A program made the position numbers and the translations under genes. Under the pieces are notes generated by a model. That model did no database searches. It saw only the letters and a program-made list of their open reading frames with translations, and had not been told where the DNA came from. DNA of 64,000 nt from Nitrosopumilaceae archaeon (lineage in GTDB: Archaea > Thermoproteota > Nitrososphaeria > Nitrososphaerales > Nitrosopumilaceae), in contig CBDBCR010000003.1 in the NCBI GenBank assembly GCA_965203465.1, positions 864,001-928,000 on the forward strand, read 5' to 3'. Within the stretch, counting starts at the first letter, position 1. Each line of letters starts with the position of its first letter. This document shows positions 28,797 to 38,261 of this stretch, piece after piece.

Positions 28797-30011
28797 TCAT
28801 GCGGTAGGTTATAGTCCTTGGCGGGTTCTCCACGTACGAGACATAGACCGGCCGGCCCGTCATGCTGCGGCTGACGACATGCTTGAGTTCGGCGTCGTCC
28901 AAGCTTTTCATTAAAAGCCAGTCAAGCTGGCCCTCGTCTACGAATATTCTGTACTCTGGCAACTGCCGTATCTGTTCAGACGCTAGCCAGATCTGCTCGC
29001 CGGGGGACGAGAATTTGATATAGGCTATCTCGCCGCTCTTTCTGTACTCTAGAATGCGATCTATCAGATCGTCGCCAGAAATCGCCCTCTCGTATCCGTT
29101 TTCCGAGCCCACTACATCCAGCACGTCAAGATAGAAGTCGTCCGTCGCGGAGGACAGAGCGCGCGTTTTTTCCGAGAACTGGGCCCTCCAGTCATCGACG
29201 CGGCCGCTGTACGCGTCATCGTGCTCCATGATGCGCGCCCCGCATGCAAATGCGTCCCACACTTGCCGGCTCATGTCCGCCGCTTTTTTCACCAACTGCG
29301 CGTATCCTTTCTTGTCGCCCTTCCCCGCCCACTTGAGCGCCCTCCGGCAGGCCTTCTCGAAGTCAGAGTAAGGCCGTTTGAAATCCCGGAACAAGGGGAC
29401 GGCGGGGAACGACATCGTCGCGTCGCGCAGCGCTTCTGTCAGAAGCGCGGCTTGATCCGAGTCCACGCGTCCCCGCGCGGCCTCGTCGCCGTGCGCCTCC
29501 AGAACCGGCATGAAATCCAGCTTGAATTTCGGGTAAAAGGGCGTAGGGGCGTATCGCTCGTACTGGGCCCGCATTTCTGGATCCACGGAGAACGGGCGCA
29601 TGTTTCTTACGATCCGCTGGAGGTGCGTCCGGGCCTCTTGGATGCCGGCATCGTGCTCGACTAGGCGCCCGCGCCCCAGCTTGAACACCGAATAGCGGCC
29701 GTGGCCTTCCTCAACCACCGCGCCTCCGGACTGCAGGTCATCAAGGCCCTGGCCACATGTTCCGAAAAAGGCCCGGCCTTGAACCAATAGTACGGCAGGC
29801 TCTCCCCGACCCGATGGCCTTCCGGAAGGCTGCGCTTGAGCTCGTACAGCACCTTCTGCACGCCCGTCCTGGTGAGCCCCTTGCCGCCGCTTCTGTACTC
29901 TAGCGAGAGCCTGATCATCTCCATTACCACGTCTTGGCCGTCGGTCTCCACGCCCCTGTGTGGCGCGCCGCTCGCCTTAAGTTTTTGCTGGGGCGCGCCC
30001 GGCTCAGACAT
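28756..30011 (-). pseudogene. Protein with N-terminal Panacea/SocA(DUF4065)-like wHTH domain, frameshift near 29745
   Basis: TRTGVQKVLY...YYWFKAGPFSEHV, continuing in the next frame as LDDLQSGG... to 28756. Confidence 0.65.
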
Positions 30012-32007
30012 CCACGCTCGCCATCTGGTCCTTTTTGCGCTTCAGCACCGCAAAGACCCCGATTATGGCAGACACCCACAAGACTGCCAGCAGCATGCTC
30101 ATCAGGCTCGCGTACATGTAGGGTATGGCGTCGCTGAGGTTGTTGCGCAGCTCGGCGGCCTGGTTGTCCACGTTGAGCATGGCCGTGTTGTACGCGGAGC
30201 TGTCCTGCGGCACCGCCGCCACCTGACCGACGTACTCGGACATCTGCTCCAGCTCGCCCTGGATGCGGCCAAAGTCGGTGTCCGCGGTCGGGAACAGCCA
30301 GACGGGGTTGCCCTCCGCGGGCAGGTGGGCCCGCGCCTCTGCGATGTGCGAGAGTATGCTGTCGGTGTCGGCCGAGCCGATTATGGCGGACATGTTGCCG
30401 CGCGCAAGATCGATGGGGTACACGGTGCTAGAATACCCGGCGAACGCGAGGTAGCCGCCGGCCCCGATTATGACCAGTATCGCCCCCACGGCCACCCGGT
30501 ACCAGTTGTTCGCCACGCGCTCCTGCCTCGTGCGCGGCCTTGGCGGCCCCGATTTATTCCTTTTAGAGTGCGACAGGCTCAGGTAGGACACCAGTATGAA
30601 GCCGGCCGCCTGCACAGCTATGATGGGCGCAAAGACGGGGTGGCCCCCCAGCAAGGCTATCATCACGCCGCCTACCCCGTATATGGCGAAGAACACCTCC
30701 AGCAGGGTCGTCTTTGTGAACGGCAGGTTGTAGGCCTTGTCCTTCCAGTCGTCGGTGTTGGAGACGATGCCGTACTTTGGCGTGCGGAGGAACTCGTTCT
30801 TTTTGCCGAACAGCGCGTCGAAGACGGCCACCGTGTTGGTCACCGACATGCCGGCGTTGTACACCAGCAGGTAGGGCACCCCCTTGGCCTTGGACTTCCA
30901 CGACGAGGCGTACATGCGCCTCATGATAACCAGGAACGCGGCCGGGCCCATGGCGAGGTACGCCGCGATGGTCAGGGCCGGAAGCGAGCTTGCGATGTAC
31001 AGGTCCACGTCCGAGGCGAGCAGGACCGGCAGCGCCAGAAACTGCACCAGCATGAGCGGGTACACCGAGTGGCGAGTCAGCTGTATGAACGCCTGCAGCT
31101 TTGCCTCGAGGGCCACGGTGCGCCGCGCGGCGATGCCGCCGAGCAGCTTTGCGGCGCACTGTATCGATCCCTTGGCCCACCTGAACTGCTGCCTCTTTGC
31201 CGCGTTCATCTGCACGGGCAGCTCGGCGTCGACCACGATGTCGGGCAGAAAGACGCACTTCCAGCCGCGCATCTGGGCCCTGTAGCTCAGGTCCAGGTCC
31301 TCTACCAGCGTGGCCGTGTGCCAGCCCCCCGAATCCTCGATGCACTCGCGCCTCCATATGCCGGCGGTGCCGTTGAAGTTCATGAACAGGTGCGAGTTGC
31401 TCTTTGCCTTCTGCTCTATCAAAAAGTGTATGTCGAGGCTGAGCGCCTGCGCCTGCGTTATGGCCGAGTAGTTTTCGTTTACGTGGCCCCACCTGCACTG
31501 CACCAGCCCGATGCCCCCCTCGGCGAAGTGCGGCACGGCCCGGCGCAGGAACCAGGGGGGCGGGATAAAGTCGGCGTCGAATATGGCCACGAACTCGGTG
31601 TCCGTGGTCTCCATGGCGTGCTTTAGGGCGCCGGCCTTGTAGCCCGAGCGGGTGCCGCGCCGCACGTGCTGTATGTCGAAGCCCTCCCCGCGGTACTTGG
31701 CGACCCGCCCGCGCATCAGCTCGGCGGTCTCGTCGTCCGAGTCGTCCAATACCATTATGCGCAGCTTTTGGCGCGGATAGTCCATGGCGCAGACCGCGTC
31801 GACCAGCCGGGCCGCCACGTACCTTTCGTTGTATATGGGAAGCTGCACCGTTATGGACGGCTCGCCAAGGTCGGCCGTGGCCGGCGCGGCCCGCCTGCGG
31901 CCGGACAGGAACACCAGGTAGTACAGGTTGCACGTGTACATAGTGATGAGTATGGCGCAGGTAAGAAAGACCCCCAGCACCAGCGCCAGGAACGGGTTGA
32001 GCTCCAC
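30004..32007 (-). CDS. GT2 glycosyltransferase (cellulose synthase-like, CslA/C-like)
   Basis: QLPIYNE, LDDS, KAGAL, FDADF, TLVEDLDL, QQFRW, multiple TM helices. Confidence 0.93.
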   Translation of the reverse strand: MELNPFLALVLGVFLTCAILITMYTCNLYYLVFLSGRRRAAPATADLGEPSITVQLPIYNERYVAARLVDAVCAMDYPRQKLRIMVLDDSDDETAELMRGRVAKYRGEGFDIQHVRRGTRSGYKAGALKHAMETTDTEFVAIFDADFIPPPWFLRRAVPHFAEGGIGLVQCRWGHVNENYSAITQAQALSLDIHFLIEQKAKSNSHLFMNFNGTAGIWRRECIEDSGGWHTATLVEDLDLSYRAQMRGWKCVFLPDIVVDAELPVQMNAAKRQQFRWAKGSIQCAAKLLGGIAARRTVALEAKLQAFIQLTRHSVYPLMLVQFLALPVLLASDVDLYIASSLPALTIAAYLAMGPAAFLVIMRRMYASSWKSKAKGVPYLLVYNAGMSVTNTVAVFDALFGKKNEFLRTPKYGIVSNTDDWKDKAYNLPFTKTTLLEVFFAIYGVGGVMIALLGGHPVFAPIIAVQAAGFILVSYLSLSHSKRNKSGPPRPRTRQERVANNWYRVAVGAILVIIGAGGYLAFAGYSSTVYPIDLARGNMSAIIGSADTDSILSHIAEARAHLPAEGNPVWLFPTADTDFGRIQGELEQMSEYVGQVAAVPQDSSAYNTAMLNVDNQAAELRNNLSDAIPYMYASLMSMLLAVLWVSAIIGVFAVLKRKKDQMASVDV

Positions 32008-32037
32008 GGGCCCGCCGCGCGCCGGCCCGGTATTTAT

Positions 32038-32991
32038 CTACTTTTGCTCGAATATCTTGATGGCCTTGGGGGGGCAGACGCCCTCGCAGGCCAGGCAGAA
32101 TATGCAGTCGGGCTCCTTGGACATGAGCGGCTTGCGCTCGGAGCTGGGGCTGCCCGGCGTGTCGAACCACTCGTAGACCCCGACGGGGCAGGCCTCTATG
32201 CAGGCGCCGTCTGCCACGCATATGTCGAAATCGACTGATACGAACTCGCCCCAGACTCCCATGATGCCGTTGCCCGTGCCCTTTCTTCCCCACGTCTTTA
32301 TCGTGTGGCCGTCGGCGCTGTACGGCGAGGACGGCTTCATCTTGGACTTGTACTCGATGTCGATGGGGCCCGGCTTTGCGCCGTCGGGCACCTCTATCAC
32401 CTCCTCTTCGGCCTCGGCCTGCGCCGGCTCGTCCTCCTGGGCCCCGGGCAGCGGCTTTGCGTTGGGCACTATCTTTGCGAGCGGGGTCATCTCGTCGAGG
32501 CGCGCGAGGGCCACCGGCTCGGGCACCTTTTCTGTCTTTATGATGTACTCTACCATCTTGTCTGCCATGACGGTGTTGCGCAACAGGGTGTCTATCATCA
32601 TCTTTGCAAAGTGGTCGGCCTTTTTGCGGTAGTCGCTGACCCACAGCGGGTCGCCGAACTTTTCGATGGGGAACACCTGGTATATGATGTCTACTACCTC
32701 GCCGGTCACCACCTCCACGGTCACCGACAGGTCGGCCTCGCGGTAGTCGCGCGCTCCCGGATCGTCGGAGCTGCGCTCTGTCCACGTGTAGGTAGCGAAT
32801 ATGCGGTCGGCGTACGAGTCCATCTCGAAGGTCTTTTTCATGCCCGCCACGACCGACTTTATCTCGTCGGGATCGACCAGCTCTATGGGGAGGCGGTACA
32901 GGCCCAGCTTGTAGCCGTGTAGCGGATAGACGCCGCGCTTGGCGGTGGGGGACTCCATCGTGTATACGCGGTCTTTGAGCAGCAGCGACAC
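32038..32991 (-). CDS. Dicluster ferredoxin (Zn-ferredoxin-like core) with long N-terminal domain
   Basis: CVADGACIEACP and CIFCLACEGVCP. Confidence 0.88.
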   Translation of the reverse strand: MSLLLKDRVYTMESPTAKRGVYPLHGYKLGLYRLPIELVDPDEIKSVVAGMKKTFEMDSYADRIFATYTWTERSSDDPGARDYREADLSVTVEVVTGEVVDIIYQVFPIEKFGDPLWVSDYRKKADHFAKMMIDTLLRNTVMADKMVEYIIKTEKVPEPVALARLDEMTPLAKIVPNAKPLPGAQEDEPAQAEAEEEVIEVPDGAKPGPIDIEYKSKMKPSSPYSADGHTIKTWGRKGTGNGIMGVWGEFVSVDFDICVADGACIEACPVGVYEWFDTPGSPSSERKPLMSKEPDCIFCLACEGVCPPKAIKIFEQK

Positions 32992-33038
32992 TGGGCGTGC
33001 TCCGGGGCGTTTACTTAAAAATCTTGGCAGAGGCCGCC

Positions 33039-34545
33039 GATTCCGACAAATCCTCGTGAGCTAGGCGTGGCTCAGGCACGGGCCGCCCGAGTTTATAAAG
33101 AAAAGTTGATCGCTTGTCGAATGTTTTTGGCTAGTCCGGTTAAATGGTAAGCGCGCGAACCGTGCCCGAGTACATTGGAAAAAGGCACGGCAGCGCGCCA
33201 AGCCGTAGTGGCCGAGTGCGGATTTAACCGACTCCTGCGCCGCCACCGCGAGCTCTGGGAAGGCTACAGGATAGAAAACCTGGGCAAAGGCACGTACGCC
33301 GTGCGCTCGCCCGGATCCGAGCGCAGGCGCACCGTGAAGCTGTCCAAGCACGGCTGGTCGTGCAAGTGCCCGTACGCCACGCACCGCAAGTTCCACTGCA
33401 AGCACATACAGGCCGTCGAGGCTCTCTGCCTGCTGCCCGATCCGGAGCAGAGGGCGCCCACTGTGCTCGATCCGATCCCGGAGAACACGTGCCCGAGCTG
33501 CGGCGCGGACGGCGCCACAAAGGCGGGCGTGCGCAAGAACAAAAACTACCGCAACCAGATATACAAGTGCCGCAGCTGCAAGAAGAGGTTCTCGGGCAAC
33601 GCCGGGTTCGAGAGGCTCTGCGGCCCCCCGACGATCGTGTGCAGGACGATCGACGACTTTTTCTCCGGCAAGTCCACCGGAAAAATCGCGCGCGGGCTCA
33701 AGGACGAGATGGAGGACGCCCCCACGCAGCAGACCGTCAGCAACTGGATCAGGCGGTATTCAGCCGCGCTCGGATTCTTCACGAGCACCCTGAAACCGTG
33801 CCTGGGGGACAAGTGCAGATCCGACGGGATGCTCGTCAAGGTGCGCGGCAGGCAGCGGTACCTGCACATGACGATCGACTCGTTCACGCGCCTTTGGACG
33901 GCGTACACGATCACGCCGAACAAGGCGGCCGACGACGTCTCCTGCCTGCTCAGGGCCTCGGCGCGCGTCGCCGGCAAAATTCCGCTGCTGTTTGTCACCG
34001 ACTACGACAAGGCGTACCACAAGGCGTGGCTCAAAGAGTTCCGGTTCGATGAAGACGGAAAGCAGACGTACCACCACCGCCACGTGCATGCCCACTGGGA
34101 CATCAACAACAAGATGGAGCGGTTCAACGGGACGATGCGCGACTTTCTGCGCGGCCTGCAGGAAGACTATTCGCCGCTGCTCGAAGGCCTCCGCGTCTAC
34201 TACAACCACGTCCGCCCGCACGAGGGGATCAGCGAGGGGACCGACGAGGTGACGCCGGGCGAGGCGGCCGGCATCACGGTGAACGGGCCCAAGTGGAAGA
34301 CGCTGATCCAGCACGCCATGCGGTTCATGAAAAAGTACGGATAGATCGGATCCGGCGCGGGGCGGCCCTCGCCGGCGCGGGGCGCGGCCGCGCGAACGCG
34401 CGTTTTTTACGCAACAGCCGGGCGCGGTCCGGGATCCGCATGTCCTCGGTGGCCGGATCCGGCCGCGGCCGGCGCAGAAACACCCGATCGCTAAAGATGG
34501 ACACCTGTGGCATCGGGCCTCAGCTCACGAGGATTTGTCGGAATC
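33039..34545 (+). mobile_element. Insertion sequence (IS6-like DDE with SWIM finger), 1507 bp
   Basis: Perfect 24-bp TIR GATTCCGACAAATCCTCGTGAGCT (33039-33062 / 34522-34545). 8-bp target duplication AGGCCGCC at 33031 and 34546. Confidence 0.92.
33175..34344 (+). CDS. Transposase: SWIM finger + IS1-like Zn ribbon + HTH + IS6/IS240-type DDE core
   Basis: WSCKCP...CKH, CPSC...YKCRSCKKRF, RSDGMLVK, FVTDY, NNKMERFNGT, YYNHVRPH. Confidence 0.85.
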   Translation: MEKGTAARQAVVAECGFNRLLRRHRELWEGYRIENLGKGTYAVRSPGSERRRTVKLSKHGWSCKCPYATHRKFHCKHIQAVEALCLLPDPEQRAPTVLDPIPENTCPSCGADGATKAGVRKNKNYRNQIYKCRSCKKRFSGNAGFERLCGPPTIVCRTIDDFFSGKSTGKIARGLKDEMEDAPTQQTVSNWIRRYSAALGFFTSTLKPCLGDKCRSDGMLVKVRGRQRYLHMTIDSFTRLWTAYTITPNKAADDVSCLLRASARVAGKIPLLFVTDYDKAYHKAWLKEFRFDEDGKQTYHHRHVHAHWDINNKMERFNGTMRDFLRGLQEDYSPLLEGLRVYYNHVRPHEGISEGTDEVTPGEAAGITVNGPKWKTLIQHAMRFMKKYG

Positions 34546-34598
34546 AGGCCGCCGGCAGGCGGGCCGGCCCGGGCAGAGCCGCGATCGGCTTGCCGGTC

Positions 34599-35510
34599 CT
34601 AGGCCGGGCGCGCGTTTTCGGCCCGTCCTCTGCCGATCCGAGGCCCCCTGAAAATCGCGCCTTCGCGTGTTAGGGCTATATAACGGCGCGGCCAAACGAC
34701 GAGCATCAATCGGGAAATCGCGCGGTTGTGGGGGGGCAGCCTCTCCGCATCTGTGCGGAACTGTCCCCCGACCCCAACGATGGAAACTCTTTGATTCCGT
34801 AGTCGCGCACCTGCCCAAGGTGACGGTATGCTTTTGCCATGATCGTCTAACCACCCGTCGAACCTGGAATCGCCCTTGTAGTGCCTGTTGGCGATGTACG
34901 CTGCCATGTCTGCGAGTTGAACTGTCAGATGCTCGTCCGATCTTACAAAGGCCGGCCCCTGCATGATGTGCTCGATTTGTCGGCGCGGAGTGCCGTTTCT
35001 TATTATTCTTTTGATCGTGTTGCTGATCTCTGATTCGGATGTCTTGTCGCTAGAATCCGTGAAAATCATCCCCCTGTTGGTCTCTTCCGGCATGCGTTTC
35101 AGGAAGTGATCAAAGCGCTCTGCTACGAACGTCCAAGCGTTCTCAGTAGGCTTTGACGCAAGGCATCTAGATCGAATGCGATCTTTGAACACAACCACGA
35201 TGAGCAACGTAACATCTGATCTACAGACGACGTTTGAGACTTGTTGGAAAATCTCCATCTTTTTCGAAGCGTCGAGGCCCATATCCGCCTTGAAGAAGCC
35301 GTTGTTGTTGCAGATCTCGTGCGCGTGCAGCTCCCAGTCCCGCGGATCCATCCGCGGCAGCGCTCTTCTTTTCAGCGCCACGATGTCGTTTTCGACCGTT
35401 TGTAGCCGGCTTTCGTGCACTATCACGCCGCTCAGCACGTACAGTCCGTTGTTCGTCCGATCTCGTTTCATTTTTGTGTCGCCAGAGCCGTCGGCGTAGA
35501 GCAGGTACAC
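34599..35510 (-). CDS. DUF3800 family (RNase H-like) protein; C-terminus probably frameshifted near 34845
   Basis: MYLLYADGSG, ELHA.EI and QLADMAAY. The alternative frame gives the expected YGIKEFP ending. Confidence 0.8.
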   Translation of the reverse strand: MYLLYADGSGDTKMKRDRTNNGLYVLSGVIVHESRLQTVENDIVALKRRALPRMDPRDWELHAHEICNNNGFFKADMGLDASKKMEIFQQVSNVVCRSDVTLLIVVVFKDRIRSRCLASKPTENAWTFVAERFDHFLKRMPEETNRGMIFTDSSDKTSESEISNTIKRIIRNGTPRRQIEHIMQGPAFVRSDEHLTVQLADMAAYIANRHYKGDSRFDGWLDDHGKSIPSPWAGARLRNQRVSIVGVGGQFRTDAERLPPHNRAISRLMLVVWPRRYIALTREGAIFRGPRIGRGRAENARPA

Positions 35511-35680
35511 GGCGCGGGCCGATCCCCCGCGGTTAAAAACGGATCTGCTGGTTTGCGCCCATGTCCGCCGGACGGCACGCCGAAGCCGGGCGTCGGCATC
35601 GGCGGCCGTCCCGTCCGGCGCCGATCTCGGCCCGCGCCTGCCCGGTTCCGTTATAAGCGGCCGAGCCGGGCGGCACGGCC

Positions 35681-36223
35681 GTGGGCGCGGCCAGAAGAAA
35701 GTGGGTCAGGCGCGAGCGCAGGTACTCCAACGCCATGTGGCACGCGGGCTGGCACGAGATGAAATACGGCAGGTTCGCCGGCTTCAAGCTGGCAGCGTGC
35801 CTCGACGACGCCTCCAGGTGCGCCACCGGGGCGGCGCTCTTCAAGGAGGTGTCCGGGGAGAACGCGGCGGACGTGCTGCGCGGCGCCGTGGGCAGGTTCG
35901 GCGCCCCGGCTGCCGTGGCGTCCGGATCCCGGACGCCCGGCGCATTGGAGGTGGAGCTTGCACGCAGGGGGATAAAGGCCGTAAAGCCGCAGCACACGCG
36001 CGCCTACGGCAAGCTCGCGAGGTTCTACGGCACCGTCGAGGCCGAGATACACCACTACGAGAGCCTGTCGGCGTACGTAGAGTACTACAACGAGCGGAGG
36101 CTCCACTTTTCGCTCGACATCGACGTCTGCCAGACCCCCCTGCGGGCGTTCCACGACAAAAGGGCGTCCCGGGCGGCCAGGAAAAAAGACCCCGGATGGG
36201 CTGAGAGGGACGCGCGCGGCTAG
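35681..36223 (+). CDS. IS481-like integrase core protein lacking catalytic DDE residues
   Basis: RRKWVRRER..SN.MWHAGW, LDDASR, GKLARFYGTVE, YYNERRLH.SL. TTATAA box ~25 nt upstream. No HTH or TIRs seen. Confidence 0.7.
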   Translation: MGAARRKWVRRERRYSNAMWHAGWHEMKYGRFAGFKLAACLDDASRCATGAALFKEVSGENAADVLRGAVGRFGAPAAVASGSRTPGALEVELARRGIKAVKPQHTRAYGKLARFYGTVEAEIHHYESLSAYVEYYNERRLHFSLDIDVCQTPLRAFHDKRASRAARKKDPGWAERDARG

Positions 36224-36547
36224 GCGCGGGTTCGGCCCGCGCGTGGAAACAGCGGCGGCGCTTTTCGCCGCGGTTCGCCCGAGCCCGCGCGCAATCGCGC
36301 AAATGCGCCTTTATCTTACGCCCGCAGATCCGAGCGCGTGCCAGGTTCCGGCGAGGCCGAGATTCCAGTTCTGTACCGACGGCGTCTGGGACGGGTACGG
36401 GGATCGCGGCAGGGCGAGCCGCCGAACCGGGAATACGTGCCGGTAGTCGGCGCGCTTTTGGGCGCGGTGCCCGCCGCGCGCGGGCCGGCGCCGGTTCCGG
36501 CCAACCGGGCCGGCAACTTTCAAATACAAACCCGGGCGGCGCCGGCC

Positions 36548-36922
36548 GTGATAACCGTAGACTGCCGGGACATAGAGGCCATCAGGGACGAGCTGCTCAT
36601 CTACGTGGCCGACAACGTCGGGGCCCTGCCGGCCCTCAAACTGCACGAGTTCGTCCTGACCCCCATAGACGACTCGGCCCCCATAGACCCCGGCGAGGTC
36701 GTCTCGGCGGTGCGCGAGTACCTCGATTCCATAGGCGAGGGCAGGCGGTTCGAGGTCGAGGCGCGCGGCGACATAGTCGAGGTGCGCTCGACCGACGGCA
36801 AGCCCATAGACAGGGAGCCGCGCACCGGCCGCATCGAGGGCATGTTCTCGTGCGCCCACTGCGGGTTCGTCACGCGCTACGAGGCAGAATACCACGCGCA
36901 CGCGCGCATACACTACCTCTAG
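36548..36922 (+). CDS. C2H2 zinc-finger protein
   Basis: C-terminal CAHCGF...HARIH. Start GTG 36548. Confidence 0.8.
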   Translation: MITVDCRDIEAIRDELLIYVADNVGALPALKLHEFVLTPIDDSAPIDPGEVVSAVREYLDSIGEGRRFEVEARGDIVEVRSTDGKPIDREPRTGRIEGMFSCAHCGFVTRYEAEYHAHARIHYL

Positions 36923-38187
36923 TGGAGCGCCGAGCGCAGCTCCCCGAAGCGCAGGTCCCACGTGTTGGCGCGCGCGAAGGCTGCCAGCCGCGCGCGCTCA
37001 TCGGGCCCCGCGGCCAGGGCCGCGTCGAGTTTTTCCACGAAATCGTCGGCGCCGTCGTACAGCAGGCACCCGAGCCCCTCCAGCTCGGGCAGGCGCGCAG
37101 AGACGACCGGCTTGGCGCCGGCCATGTACTCGTACAGCTTTATGGGGCTGGCCGCGCGCGCCAGCCGGTGGCCGGCCTTGAAGGGTATCATGCACGCGTC
37201 AAAGTCGCGCAGGTACTCGGGCAGCTCCTCGTAGGGGCGCTCGCCGAGCACCCGCACGTTGCCCATGCGCATCAGCTTGCGCACGTCGGCCCCGTACGTG
37301 TCCCCTATCAGCACGAACGTGTACGAGGGCCTCTCGCGCGCCGCGTATTCCACCAGGCCCGCGTCGAACCACTCGGCCACGGCCCCAAAGTACCCCACCA
37401 CGGGGCCGGGCGCGCCGAGGATCCCGCCGCGGCCGCCCGCAAAGTGCCCGTAGTCGCACCCGTTGGGCACCAGCGCGCACTTTTTGGCGCGCGGCGCATT
37501 TTGCTCGTACAGCCGCCGGCTCGAGCAGACCACGAGGTCGGCCGAGCCGACCAGCCTGCGCTCCTCCCCGATCCTCCTGGCCGAGACGTTGGGGAACCCC
37601 GAGACGTCGTCGGCGCAGTCGTAGACCAGCGTGCCGCGCGCTGCCAGCTTTTCTGCCAGCGGCTGCCACGTGGGAAAGGCCGCGTACAGCACGGGCGAGC
37701 TTATCCGGGCGTCCTTCTCGAGTGATTCGAACGAGGATTCCAGCGCGGCCAGCGCGGGGCCGGAGATCCGGCCCTTGTAGACGTCCAGGCGCGAGGGGCA
37801 TCGCAGGTCGGCCCGGAGTATGCCGTCCTCGAGGCGCGCCTCGTAGGGGGAGCCGAGCGGGCCCGGCTCGCCCAGATAAAAGACGCGGTGGCCGGCCCCG
37901 GCGAACCGGGCGGCGATGTGGTGTATGCGCTGCCGCCGGTACCCCCACGGGATGGCCGGGAACACCACCACGTCGCGCCCGCGCCCCGGCTCGCCCAGCC
38001 CGCCGGGGGGCAGCGGCGGGCCGGCCCTGCCCTCCCGCCGCGGGGGGCGCACCGGAAAGAGCCTGCCCAGCGTGGTGTCGTAGGCGTGGAAGAGCCTCGC
38101 CAGCCGGCTCTGGTGCAGTGCCACCACGGAGTTTTGCGAGCGCTCGAGGGCCCCGCGCAGCGCCTCTATCCGGTCCCTGTCTTCCAA
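36919..38187 (-). CDS. GT4-like (GT-B) glycosyltransferase
   Basis: QRIHH, VYDCADD, VPNGCD, GYFGAVAEWFD, SPIKLYEYMAGAKPVVS. Start uncertain. Confidence 0.88.
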   Translation of the reverse strand: MEDRDRIEALRGALERSQNSVVALHQSRLARLFHAYDTTLGRLFPVRPPRREGRAGPPLPPGGLGEPGRGRDVVVFPAIPWGYRRQRIHHIAARFAGAGHRVFYLGEPGPLGSPYEARLEDGILRADLRCPSRLDVYKGRISGPALAALESSFESLEKDARISSPVLYAAFPTWQPLAEKLAARGTLVYDCADDVSGFPNVSARRIGEERRLVGSADLVVCSSRRLYEQNAPRAKKCALVPNGCDYGHFAGGRGGILGAPGPVVGYFGAVAEWFDAGLVEYAARERPSYTFVLIGDTYGADVRKLMRMGNVRVLGERPYEELPEYLRDFDACMIPFKAGHRLARAASPIKLYEYMAGAKPVVSARLPELEGLGCLLYDGADDFVEKLDAALAAGPDERARLAAFARANTWDLRFGELRSALH

Positions 38188-38261
38188 CCGCGCCAACCCG
38201 CCCGCGCCACGTAAAACGGTTGGCCCGTAGGTTTTTATCACTACCGGGGCGGGGCGCGCGC

